NCBI GenBank assembly: GCA_002633005.1
Contig: NMRA01000560.1
Span: 211,740-275,739, forward strand
Length of the DNA: 64,000 nt
Source: Phoronis australis
Lineage: Eukaryota > Animalia > Phoronida
Direction of reading: 5' to 3'
The translations under genes were made by a program, and so were the position numbers. The notes under the pieces are model-generated. The model saw nothing but the letters and a program-made list of their open reading frames with translations, was not told where the DNA came from and did no database searches. Each line of letters starts with the position of its first letter. Position 1 is the stretch's first letter. Positions 37,601 through 49,644 of this stretch are shown piece by piece.

Positions 37601-40600
37601 AGGAGAATTATTGCAAAGCCCCTGAAAAATGTGTTTAATGCTGAGAATCGCAGTTGTCTAACGGTTGACACTTCAGAATACTTGGTGAATGAAAAGGTCA
37701 AATTTTCAGAAGAAAAATGCACCTAATGACCCCATGTTTGCACTCAATGACCTGAAACTTTGGATTCCGAACTGAATTACCTGTGCCAATCAGACCTGTG
37801 AATTTGAAGAGTCTAGCTCAAAATTTTAGTTTGCACATAATGACCTTTGACCTGTTTAACCTGAATGGATGATCCGATTACTTAGAAAAGTAATTTTTTA
37901 AATTGCCTTATTGACTTATACCTGTGTACTGAATAAAGGAGTAGCATTTTGAAAATTACATGACCTTTGCACCAAATGACCTTTTCGGTGCATTATGGAA
38001 TATGAATATATAATGAATCAAAATTTATATACTGCCTAACATCATATTTTAAATTTGAGGAACATACCTGCAACCAAATTGGAGTTAGTAAGTGTCAAGG
38101 TTGGTCGGAAGATGAATAAGAACAAGAAAGATTATTGTCAAGGCGTGACAATAACGGACTCTGAGTGTACGTATTTCTGGAATTATTACGGGAAGTTACT
38201 AACAGCAACCTGTTTACCGATATGAAAAGGATTTCTTTAAAATTGTAGAAGAAATTACATGTTAATATTTTGATGACCTTTCCAATAATTGACCTCTTCC
38301 GGTGCATTATGAGCCCCGATGAGGGAGTAATTGTTAACTCAATTAAAAGTGTGGTTAATGCTAATAATCACAGATGTTTTATAGACCGGGATCCCAGAGC
38401 TTTTTTGGGCATGAAAAGGTAACCAATTTTCTTTGGTGCCACAGTGCTCTATGGGTATCCTGATGCTTGGAAATGGCCTTCTGGCAGGTTCGCTCTGGTG
38501 GGTGTGGTCAGGGGAGCCAAGAGAATTGCACTAAAAAATTGAGCTAGATCAACTTTTCTGGTAACCACTTAAAACTGCCTTCAATACCTGCTACGTCATC
38601 CATTGTATCAAAATTGGTCACTGCCAGACAATTTCAGTGGTGGGGAGTACCCGCCAGACGAACATATACAGGGTACAAAAATTGAGCTAGATCAATCCAA
38701 GAGGNCAAGATGAATGAAGTGGTCAAACTTTCAGAAGAAAAATGCACCTAATGACCCCATGGGTGCACCAAATGACCTGAAAATTTAGAATTCAAACTCA
38801 ATCGCACTTAGTAAACAGATATGTAATTTTGAAGTCTCTGGCTCGAAATTTTAGTTTGCACCCAATGACCTTTGACCTATTTTTTCTGATTGGTTAGGCG
38901 TATTGCGAAGTAAAGCAGGATATCCAATTGGCATGTTGACTTACACCAGTGTGCTGAAATTGAAAAGAATTCTTTGAAAAACGTAAGACATAACGTTTTG
39001 AATGTTAGAAGACCTTTGCACTAATTGACCCTATCTTGTGCATTATAAGCATCTTTAGGAGTATTATTGCAAAGCCCATGAAAAATGTGTTAAATGCTGA
39101 GAATCACAGTTGTCTAACGCTTGACACATCAGAATACTTGGTGAATGAAAAGGTCAAATTTTCAGAAGAAAAATGCACCTAATGATTCATGTTTGCACTA
39201 AATGACCTGAAACTTTATATTCCATATTGAATTACCTGTGCCAATTAGACCTGTGAATTTGAAGTGTCTAGCTCAAAATCTTAGTTTGCACCTAATGACC
39301 TTTGACCTGTTTAACCTGATTGGGTGACCCAATTACTTAAAAAAGTAATTTTTTAAATTGCCTTATTGACTTATACCTGTGTACCCAATTTGAAAAGAAT
39401 AGCTTACAAAATAAAGAAGCAGTAGCATTTTGAAAATTAGATGACCTTTGCACCAAACGACCTCTTCCGGTGCAATATGGAATATGCTTATATAACGAAT
39501 TAAAATTTATATAGTGCCTAAAATCATATGTTAAATTTGAAGAACATACCTGCAACCATTTTGGAGATATTAAGTGTCAAATTTGGTCGGAAGAAGAATA
39601 AGAATAAGAATAAAAAGAATAAAATTGACGAAAACCTAGGAACAACAGTACTCTGCGCTTACACGTGCAGAGTAATAACAAAAATGACCGCCAAGTGGCA
39701 CAGAAAATGTCTTATCTGTCCAAAAATAACAAGACCAACGTGGAGCGTTGAAATGCGCCCACGAATGCATCACAAACGGTGTGCTTTTAGGGTTGATTAT
39801 TGGTCATAAAAATGGCCACTAGATAGCGCAAAAACATTCAATCCCTCCAAAAATGAGAACGTCATAGCTTCTTTAATAGAAAGCTCTTCACCAAATTTCA
39901 TAGAAATTTGTCATGTAAATACACATGTTAAATTTAGTAAAGATCCCGCAAACAGTTTAAGAGATACAGCCATAAGCGAAGAAAACGAAACTGCCACTAG
40001 GAGGCATGACAGTAGTTGCTGAAGTCATCGGAAAATCATCGTCAGCTGTCCACTTCATAGTAAAAACATACATGCCAATTTTCACAATTATCCTGAAAGC
40101 GATTTGGTTGATAGAGGGGTGGACGCTTAAAAATAGACTCGAAAACGGTAAAAATGACCAATACGTGGTGCAAACTAAATTGAACCCATTTGAAAATGGA
40201 AAGATAGCGTCACCACAGTAACAGAAGCCTGTATGCCAAATTTTTTGAAATTACGTTGAGGACCTTTGAAGATACAGAGGTAAACGTAAAAAAATAAAAT
40301 TGCCACCAGGGGATACACCAGTAGTCAAATCCGTCCGAAAGTTGTGGTCGTCCTTTGTCAACATCACATAAATGCACTTACTACATTTAGAAAAGATCCT
40401 GCAGACGGTTTACGAGATACAGCCATAGGCGCAAAAAAAACAAAACTGCCACTAGGAGGCTTCCACCACAGTTGTCGAAATCGTCGGAAAGTCAGCCGTC
40501 CTCTTCATAGTAAGAAAATACATGCCAATTTCCACAATCATCCTCAGAGCGGTTTGGTTGATAGAGTGGTGGACAACTAAAAACAGACTAAAAACAGTAA

Positions 40601-43600
40601 AAATGGCCACTAGGTGGCGCAAATTATGTCGAATATATCCAAAAACAGGTGGATAGCCTTATCTCACTAATAGATGCCTACATGCCAAATTTTATGAAAA
40701 TACGCTGAAGACCTTTGAAGATATAGAGGTAAGTGTAAAAAACTAAAATTGCCACTAGGGGACAGACCAGTGGTTGAATCCGTGCAAACGTTCGCTCATG
40801 TCGCCCCATCTATGAATGGAACACATGTGCAAAATTTCATGAGCATACGTCAGACGGTTTTGGAGTTAGAGCAGCGGACACCGGACGGATGGAGATGACG
40901 GCATAATGCGTCAAATATGTGGGTGCATAAAAATGAGTTGTCTTCTATTTAACAGATACTTATTTGCGAAGTTTATGTCATGTAACTATGGAGGTACAAG
41001 ATGTGAATGTAAAAAAGTCAACATTCATAAAAAACATTTGCAGAATTTCACAAAGAATCTGCAAGGCATAAAGGAGATATAGCGGTGGTTATAAAAAACG
41101 AAATTGTCACTAGGGGGCAGCACAGTAGTCAGACCCATCTGAAACTCAACATCACCTGNTAGGAACAACAGTACTCTGCGCTTACACGTGCAGAGTAATA
41201 ACAAAAATGACCGCCAAGTGGCACAGAAAATGTCTTATCTGTCCAAAAATAACAAGACCAACGTGGAGCGTTGAAATGCGCCCACGAATGCATCGCAAAC
41301 GGTGTGCTTTTAGGGTTGATTATTGGTCATAAAAATGGCCACTAGATAGCGCAAAAACATTCAATCCCTCCAAAAATGAGAACGTCATAGCTTCTTTAAT
41401 AGAAAGCTCTTCACCAAATTTCATAGAAATTTGTCATGTAAATACACATGTTAAATTTAGTAAAGATCCCGCAAACAGTTTAAGAGATACAGCCATAAGC
41501 GAAGAAAACGAAACTGCCACTAGGAGGCATGACAGTAGTTGCTGAAGTCATCGGAAAATCATCGTCAGCTGTCCACTTCATAGTAAAAACATACATGCCA
41601 ATTTTCACAATTATCCTGAAAGCGATTTGGTTGATAGAGGGGTGGACGCTTAAAAATAGACTCGAAAACGGTAAAAATGACCAATACGTGGTGCAAACTA
41701 AATTGAACCCATTTGAAAATGGAAAGATAGCGTCACCACAGTAACAGAAGCCTGTATGCCAAATTTTTTGAAATTACGTTGAGGACCTTTGAAGATACAG
41801 AGGTAAACGTAAAAAAATAAAATTGCCACCAGGGGATACACCAGTAGTCAAATCCGTCCGAAAGTTGTGGTCGTCCTTTGTCAACATCACATAAATGCAC
41901 TTACTACATTTAGAAAAGATCCTGCAGACGGTTTACGAGATACAGCCATAGGCGCAAAAAAAACAAAACTGCCACTAGGAGGCTTCCACCACAGTTGTCG
42001 AAATCGTCGGAAAGTCAGCCGTCCTCTTCATAGTAAGAAAATACATGCCAATTTCCACAATCATCCTCAGAGCGGTTTGGTTGATAGAGTGGTGGACAAC
42101 TAAAAACAGACTAAAAACAGTAAAAATGGCCACTAGGTGGCGCAAATTATGTCGAATATATCCAAAAACAGGTGGATAGCCTTATCTCACTAATAGATGC
42201 CTACATGCCAAATTTTATGAAAATACGCTGAAGACCTTTGAAGATATAGAGGTAAGTGTAAAAAACTAAAATTGCCACTAGGGGACAGACCAGTGGTTGA
42301 ATCCGTGCAAACGTTCGCTCATGTCGCCCCATCTATGAATGGAACACATGTGCAAAATTTCATGAGCATACGTCAGACGGTTTTGGAGTTAGAGCAGCGG
42401 ACACCGGACGGATGGAGATGACGGCATAATGCGTCAAATATGTGGGTGCATAAAAATGAGTTGTCTTCTATTTAACAGATACTTATTTGCGAAGTTTATG
42501 TCATGTAACTATGGAGGTACAAGATGTGAATGTAAAAAAGTCAACATTCATAAAAAACATTTGCAGAATTTCACAAAGAATCTGCAAGGCATAAAGGAGA
42601 TATAGCGGTGGTTATAAAAAACAAAATTGTCACTAGGGGGCAGCACAGTAGTCAGACCCATCTGAAACTCAACATCACCTGTGGACTTCTCACAAGAAAC
42701 ACACCTGCCAATTTTCATAATTATCTTGGAGTGGATTGATAGAAAGAGAGGCAGACAGAAAAAATGCAAAGAATGAAAAAGTGTCAGACATAAGCAAAAC
42801 ATACGCAAAACATACAATAAACTACACTGCGGCATTTTACCGTTGATCCCAACTTGTTCGACTCTATAAACCAACAAGTTGGGAAGATGACCCCTGTAGC
42901 CTGAATATCTTACACGACTGATTAAACCCGTTCTGGCATTTATGGTTGGAGGGCCAGCTCTCTTTTGTTCGATAACTGCTCTTTAATAGAACCATCTGAA
43001 GGTGATAGGAGAGCCTTCTAGACAACATACAGGTGATAAGGCAAATACAACTTTATTCATCATTACGACCTATGCATCAGTATGGACAGGGGCAAGTAAA
43101 AAAACTCAAAAGCGTTTTAACTCATTATGCCTTGACCAGTCAGGGGAGGTAATATACCACACCAGGTGGCAGAACCAATTTTGGAGGGAATGGTCCAGAA
43201 ATTGTCGAAACAACCCAAAACGCTCTTCAGTGTTGGGATAACTGTACAAATGAGCAACAGAAAGGATGGCGAGATTCACGTCTCACCTTCCTTCTCTAAG
43301 TACCGCAGTCTTCTGGCTACAACTTTCCGTCTCTCCTGCAGTTTGAATCTCGTGTCCGCCACACTCTCATACTCTGGTGCATAGNAAAGCGGTTTTGTTT
43401 CACGGAGGAATAATTCCAATTTATTACCCAACAGACTCCATCTGCAACTGACCTCGGTAAGTTGGCCTACCGCAGTGAATTTTGTAAGCTACGGTACATT
43501 AAAAATTTCTATAAATCTGTAACAGCAAAAATGACTCATTTGTGTAAAAACTCAATGTATTTGTAAGGGTTTTACATCGCATTTTGATGATTCATTGGTA

Positions 43601-44430
43601 TAAAACGATGAATTCAAGAGATAAGCCGACACCAGTAAACGTCTCGTGAACTTCTGAGCAGACTGTGTTAGAACCTGTGACATCATTGGTTAATTTCAAC
43701 AACTCCGTCTGCAGTCTGGTGTCAGGTAAAAGAATTGAGCTTGCTGTTATCGAGAGGAACTACACAATCTAAATTGATACAAAGTACGTTGTTTTTTGGT
43801 GGCATTCTCCTTTAAACTACAATGCTCAGAACATACCGGGTATTTTAATATAAAGAAATTATAAATAAAGCTCAGAACATACCGGGTATTTTAATATAAA
43901 GAAATTATAAATAAATAAAGGGCCAAGTCCCTTCCATGATGTCAAAACTACGCACTAGCAGTAAGCCTCGGCCACTCCATCACTAAGTTAGTACTTATTT
44001 CGTAAGCAATGAATTTTATTTGCTCAAATTTCTCACTGAAGCTATCTGTTGCAAACATTATTGTTATCAGTATGGTTTGCACTGCACCTGGTAAAGGACA
44101 ATTAGGCAACCCATGATCACTATTGTGTTGGAAGTTCATTAAATCATACATTTACACAATATCTCGGGTGGAGGTGGAGGGACAAGGGAGACTGGGGGTG
44201 GGGGGAGGGGTGTGGAATGATGATGCCAGTACCAACCGTGCAGCCTGTATCTTCTTGAACTTGAACCAGTAGGTCTCTGTAAACTGGTCTGTATCAGGGT
44301 ATTCATCTAGTATTCTGTACTCATCAATTTCACCATAAAGGGCAAAGAGTCGCACAAGATCTTGCATGGCACCGACTGCAGGTACACCATGAACCATTAG
44401 GTATAATGACTCCTGGCAAACTGTGTACAC
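31626..44430 (-). CDS. RBM48: RNA-binding protein 48 (minor-spliceosome factor), multi-exon, 5' exon not located
   Basis: Exon 44430-44237 encodes VYTVCQESLYLMVHGVPAVGAMQDLVRLFALYGEIDEY...KFKKIQAAR, the RBM48 RRM. Exon 43384-43287 (cut by an N) encodes YAPEYESVADTRFKLQERRK. Exon 34590-33710 is in phase and ends SLEDTTRTIRRKIKS|GTACGT. The last exon 31676-31626 encodes ITSIGTGPAKMAKRNA*. AATAAA on the minus strand near 31460. Confidence 0.85.
31676..33039. other. Duplicate of 33041-34398 across a single N (allelic overlap); duplicates part of the large RBM48 exon
   Basis: Near-identical sequence on both sides of N 33040; ORF 32333-32992 mirrors 33692-34453. Confidence 0.8.
35533..35645 (+). 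mobile_element. Start of a probable LTR (TGTAAC...) present in only one of two duplicated copies
   Basis: TTGTTGGAGT|TGTAACGGGG here versus TTGTTGGAGT|ATTCATT at ~36151. Truncated by N at 35646. Confidence 0.5.
36316..36369. repeat. 17-bp tandem repeat x3
   Basis: GGTCCTACTGTTTGGGT repeated. Confidence 0.9.
36880..39680 (-). mobile_element. Helentron-associated elements, family C, with TGACCTTTGACCT-rich internal repeats
   Basis: Hairpins GTCAC-GGT-GTGAC (~36891) and ATTGTCA..TGACAAT (~38134) next to ACTCTG subTIRs. An (AAGAAT)n microsatellite and the palindrome TACTCTGC...GCAGAGTA at ~39590-39675. Repeated GAAAAATGCACCTAATGA units and a ~47-bp x3 tandem at ~37319-37458. Confidence 0.65.
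39729..40933 (-). mobile_element. Family A Helentron-associated element (duplicated at ~41252-42456 across N 41159)
   Basis: Same hairpin, subTIR, CCACTAGG core repeats and GACGG microsatellite as 60020-62460. Confidence 0.75.
43386..43811 (+). mobile_element. Right-end fragment of the Kolobok-like family
   Basis: Homologous to ~24100-24476 and ~49230-49644; ends GGTGGCATTCTCCT|TTAA. Confidence 0.75.
43824..43915. repeat. ~46-bp tandem duplication
   Basis: GCTCAGAACATACCGGGTATTTTAATATAAAGAAATTATAAATAAA twice. Confidence 0.85.
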
Positions 44431-46514
44431 CTGAAATGCATGAAATCACATGACTAGTGCAAGCTGTGCAAATATTTACACAAGACGCTCTTCATTTTTT
44501 GACGCAAAGATCAATTCAGTTATGAAAATGAGAAACTTATTTATTTTAACTTCCCATAACAGTGCTGAGTAACAGCCGAGTGCAACAATCGTTTTAGAAA
44601 ATCTGTCTCAAACAGATATTTTTTGAGACAACGTGCTGGCTTTTTGTAAGTCGTAGTGATTGCTTAAAAATAGGAGCCTCAGTCTTAAGTCAAGAGGGTT
44701 GGTAACTAGTACCGGGACAGAGGTAATACCAGACCAAAAGAACCATGTCTTCTAATCTTCAGTAAAGAGCAGCTCTCTCTCCACTTCTTTACACAGTTCA
44801 TTATTCAAAGATAAGTCAGTTGCCCATGTTTAGGGAGCAAAAGTCTGGTGAAACGTGGGCACTTTTAAGTATGTCTCAATAGTATAAGTATCATAAACAC
44901 ATTATTGGTTGGTATCCTGTCCAATATTTCTTTATCTTCATCTTCCACAGTCTTCAACTAACATTTTGTGTTTTTTAGTTGGGATGGTATATAAATATTT
45001 CTTTGAGTGACTTTGATTCCTGGTTGGGTTTCACTTTTCTAGGGAAGAGGGAAATGTTTTAATACTCAAAATCATTAACCATTGACCTTGTCCTGTGATT
45101 CATCTGTATGTCACCTTCATAAATTCACCGGCAAGCATTGTGTAAGTCAAGTCAGGACTGTGGCTGTTTCTGGTTCATTAGGCTCTCTGTAGTACAGATT
45201 GGTCGGATACTGTAAGTACTCTCCATGAACCTGAGTATTTACAAAACTGCTTCTCCTAGACTAGAATTGCGTTAGCTGCTCGCCATTGGCAAATTCTGAG
45301 CGGGACTGGCGATGGTAAAGGTAAGTCTATTAACTTGGCGAATGCTGCTAAAATAAATTGCATCGCAAACGACATTCTCACTTCGATTCCGAGTCCTCAA
45401 TATAGCAAGCAAATGTTTCATTTCATGCCCGTCACTTCCCTTGAAATCACTCTTTTACCGCAATGAAATGTTCAATTGTGTAGGCCGGGTCAGTGCTCTT
45501 GGTAATGGTGATTTCTCGCTTCATAAGAGATCTCGTGTAGGTGCTACCGCTTGTCGTCTGCATGTGAGATGTCAAAGCAATGGATAGAAGACTATTTCGG
45601 CGGTAAACGCGTCGCAGACTCTCAATAACTTTTTACACAAGTGACATTTAGAGAGCTGACGAGGTATGACATTTTGATTTAAAAACAGATCACAAACTTG
45701 ATCTTCGTGGTGCCATCTGTGGCTTTTACTTCTCAAAAGGAAAACACAACAAATGATGCGCTGAAAAATTGCATATTTTAGTGATGAAGGCAGGGAGATT
45801 TAACACTATGTGAAAATATTAAATTTAAACCTTGAGTTCATATTTCACGTTTGAGACAGCTCAACTCAGTTCAGCCTTATTCTCCGAGTAGTTAATTCTC
45901 GTCAGACTGGCTCATACCACGTCGCAAGCATAAAAAGTTATTGAGAGACTTTATCAAGTTTGCATTTCGGCGGCGGCCGAAAGAAATCAAGGTAAATTTT
46001 GTTACTTAATAAGTTTTATATTCACCACACTGCATGATTTAGCTTTATATTGCAAGCCACAAAATGTTTTTGAACCTACATACCTTGCTCACAAAATGCC
46101 CACGTGGCCGGCGCGCCCCCACTGAAACCCGGGGATGGAGGGAGTCCCTGCACAATTTTTTAAGTGAAGATCAATGAAATGATCATGTGGCCGCCGTAAT
46201 CCGGGGATAGGGGTGAGCCCCTACCCAAATTTTTAATGTCAACCTCAATGAAATGCCCGTGAAGCGGAAAAAAAGACTGTAAAAGGCAAGTTGTTTTCTA
46301 AAGGCACTTTTCCATTGGAGCAACTTGGGTTTAATGAAGCTTCCCCAGAACTTTGCTTACCATTCCCATTAGACAGTGATATCGAAGAAGACACCAGACA
46401 ACGCAGTTCATTCGTACTCTCAAATGAACATTAAGAAGTGGCTTTGTGGCTAACTCAAAATTGTTCCCGTCATTAACGAGTGTTCATGAAAATAATCAGA
46501 GTCGTTCTTCTTCT

Positions 46515-47699
46515 TTTCAAAATTCTAATATTGTTCTCTATGCGGATGACACAACAATACTGTCTGCAGGCAAAACCTCATCTGAAATCCAGGCCAATCT
46601 CAACTCTGGTTTAACAATCATTTCAGATTGGCTTGTATCCAATAAACTATCCTTAAATGTTTCTAAAACTAAAACTCTTCTATATGGCACATCCCAAAGA
46701 CTTAGAAACCAAACCCTGTCATTTACTGTGGATGGAAGACCAATTGAGAACGTCAACTCCTTCAAAGAAATATCTGGGACTTATATATGATCAAAATCTT
46801 AAATTCTCTCACCATGTTGATTATATCTCGAAAAAGGTGTCTAAGAAAATTAGCGTATTGAAACGCATCAGTAAATTCGTTAACAGAGCAACACTGAAAA
46901 CCCATTTTACTACTATCATTCAGCCTCACCTAGATTATTGCCTCCCGGTGTGGGGTGTTGAATCAGGCAAGGATATGAAAACCATCCAGGTTATCCAAAA
47001 TAGGGCTGCCCAGATTATTCTGGGAGCTGGTGTTAGAGATATTAGTATCGAAAACCTTCATAAAGAGACTGGTATAATGAAAATTCACACAAGACATCAA
47101 TTCCTATCTACTTGCTGTATGTACAATTGTTTTAAAGGCTTTGTCCCATCTTACTTATGTGCTAAGTTTAAGATGACTACTAATCGCTACAATACTAGGT
47201 CCTCATCATCATCCGATTTCAATCTTCCTAAACGCAGAAGCGAGACTGGGAAAAAATCATTTTCCTACAGCGGGCCCTTTTTATGGAACTCTCTCCGTGC
47301 AGATGCTAAATCTACATCATCCTTTCTAACCTTTCAAAGAATTATAAGAAATAGATTTAACTGCATGTAGTGTCTAAATTGCATGTTTATTCATTTGTTA
47401 TTTATATAATGTCTTACTTTTATTAATTATTTATTGTCTGTTTTAACTTTTTATATTTATATTTTACATATATATTTTTAGTTAATTATCTTGTCTTAAT
47501 TTCTTTATCTTTTATTTATCATATTTTATTTTTATTTTGCTTCATCAGTCTTTCCATGTTAATTTCTTATTCTTTGTCTTTCATTGTGTAATTCTGTTTT
47601 TGTCTTACTGTCTGTTTGTTTTTACTGAGGACCCCCATGGAAAGCAGTGTGAACTGATGGGGCTACCCTCATTGTAAATATTACATTAATAATAAATAA
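46515..47699 (+). mobile_element. 5'-truncated L2/CR1-group LINE
   Basis: RT motif LYADDT, LSLNVSKTK, then a frameshift to KYLGLIYDQNLKF, IQPHLDYC, FSYSGPFLWNSL. AT-rich 3' UTR, a 3' stem-loop (GAGGACCCCAT...ATGGGGCTACCCTC) and an (AAT)n-like tail. Confidence 0.85.
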
Positions 47700-47951
47700 C
47701 TAAATATCATATATGCTTTCTTTTATTTATTTACGGAGCGTCTACTTAGAGCACGTCGGCAATGCTACAATAAAAAAGAACACGTTTCGCGAGTCTTGCG
47801 TGATTGTATTACGTTGCCGCGACCTCCATGAATAACCTTGACGAACCTTCGCTTTGAGTGTTCCCACTATGCCGAAATTTCAGTGAATACCGAAGCTTTG
47901 CATTCATATCCTACTATTTTTAGCAAAGTTTTGCTTGCAGACTTTAGTTAA

Positions 47952-49644
47952 AGAAGAATGCCACCCGATTTAATTAGTCTTTTTTGCCGTCTTAATCGGT
48001 CTATATCCACATCGCCTTGCATACGGTCGACCTTATCTTGCCAAGACGTGTCGCGTTAACCTGTGAGGAAGGTGAGAAACGACGCTAGCGACGTCAGTGG
48101 CTCATATGCAGAGTGAATGCCGCTACATGTATGTTGCGGTGCATCGTTCCCGCTTGCCCGAACTAAGCAGCTGCGAGGAAAGCGGGTATAACGTTTTTTT
48201 TCTTCCTCGAGAGTCCGAAATGCTTAGGAAGTGGCTCATGGTAGTGAAGAATGAAATGTACACTGTAAATAGCAAGTATGAGGCCGTGAAACATGTCCGT
48301 GTCTGTGGCCTGCAGACGTCGACCGTGCCTGACGAATGCTGGCTTACCAAATAACTCCATACATTCAGTTGTGTCTGAGCTTGTTCACGATGCCTCTCTA
48401 GTATTTCTTCATCACTGTATTCCTGTTCGAATTGATAGCCTGTAAAACTTAACGTTCTACCTGCGAAGTCGGGACTGATGAGCTCTAACTGGTCCTAAGT
48501 CGGGATTGCGAGTTGCCATGTTGGCGTTTATTACTGAGCATTCTGTTTCAAAATGAGTTATTCTCACCCTAACCAATACTTATATAAAACTGAAACAAGG
48601 TCTGTCTCATTAGATGCAATTTGTAATGCCTCTGGAGTGTTCGTGAGTACAAATGATTTGAGAAGCCAGCAATAAACTTCGTTACCGGCTTTAGGTGGAA
48701 TAAAACTAATTGACGGGACACCTAGCCTGTGTGAGCTCATGCTAATTTAGTATTTGCTGGCAGAAACTGTTCTGAAACAACTCAATTTCCATCCCACGGC
48801 CAGGTGTTAGGGGAATCTTTATTTACATTTACATTACTCAAATAATGATTGTCAATGTACAACTTCTGCCCTGACCGTCAGGGCAGGGTGCTGTGGCCAA
48901 AGCGGAACCACAATTCGCGTCCCCCGAAGAGTAAGTAGATTTGCAGTTTCGTGGCTAATTCACCAACATAATCAGGTGCACATTACTTTGGCTCACTAGT
49001 ATAGTATTTTCTTGACTGGAGTGGAAGTTTAGTTTCCACTGAACTTTGGCTGGTTTATGTTCGTGATGTCTGATCAGTTTCCGAGCCACTGGCGGGGATA
49101 ACGAGTCAATCCGACCGGCCGCGATGGGCCCGATCGTGCTCCGAGCCACTGGCCAGGCTAACAAGCGTTTTGTGTTTAGAACTCAAAAAATCACAAGTCT
49201 AAGCAAAGCAGATCTAGGTTCTCCTGTGACTATCTCACAGAAAATACTTCGGAAATTATCTAGTCCGACCCAAAACTCCTGCTACGAACCTTATTGGCCT
49301 GACGAACTTTGTAGGCTACGGTGTGCCCAAATATCAATAAATCCGTAAGAGCGAAATAAAACAACACGTTTTTATAAGTATTCGGTGTGTTTTCAAGGGT
49401 TTTACATCGAAGTTTGATGATTTATTGATGTTAAACGATGACTTCAAGCGATAAGCTGACACCAGTAACCCGTATTTTGAACTGCTGAACAGACTGCATG
49501 TGAAACCGATGACGTCATTGGATAACTTCAACACCTGCGTCTGCTGTCAGGTGTCAGGTAACGCAACCGTACGTGTTGTTATGGAGTAGAACTACTCGAT
49601 CTAAATTGATACAAATTAGGTTGTTTTTTGGGTGGCATGCTCCT
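47952..49644 (+). mobile_element. Complete non-autonomous Kolobok-like element with TTAA TSD
   Basis: TTAA|AGAAGAATGCCACCC...GGGTGGCATGCTCCT|TTAA (13/15 TIR, purine-purine terminus). THAP remnant FFLPRESEMLRKWLMVVK...VC. Confidence 0.85.

Noticed and set aside
39638-42680. 1.5-kb tandem duplication
   Set aside because: Almost identical copies either side of N 41159; a scaffolding overlap.
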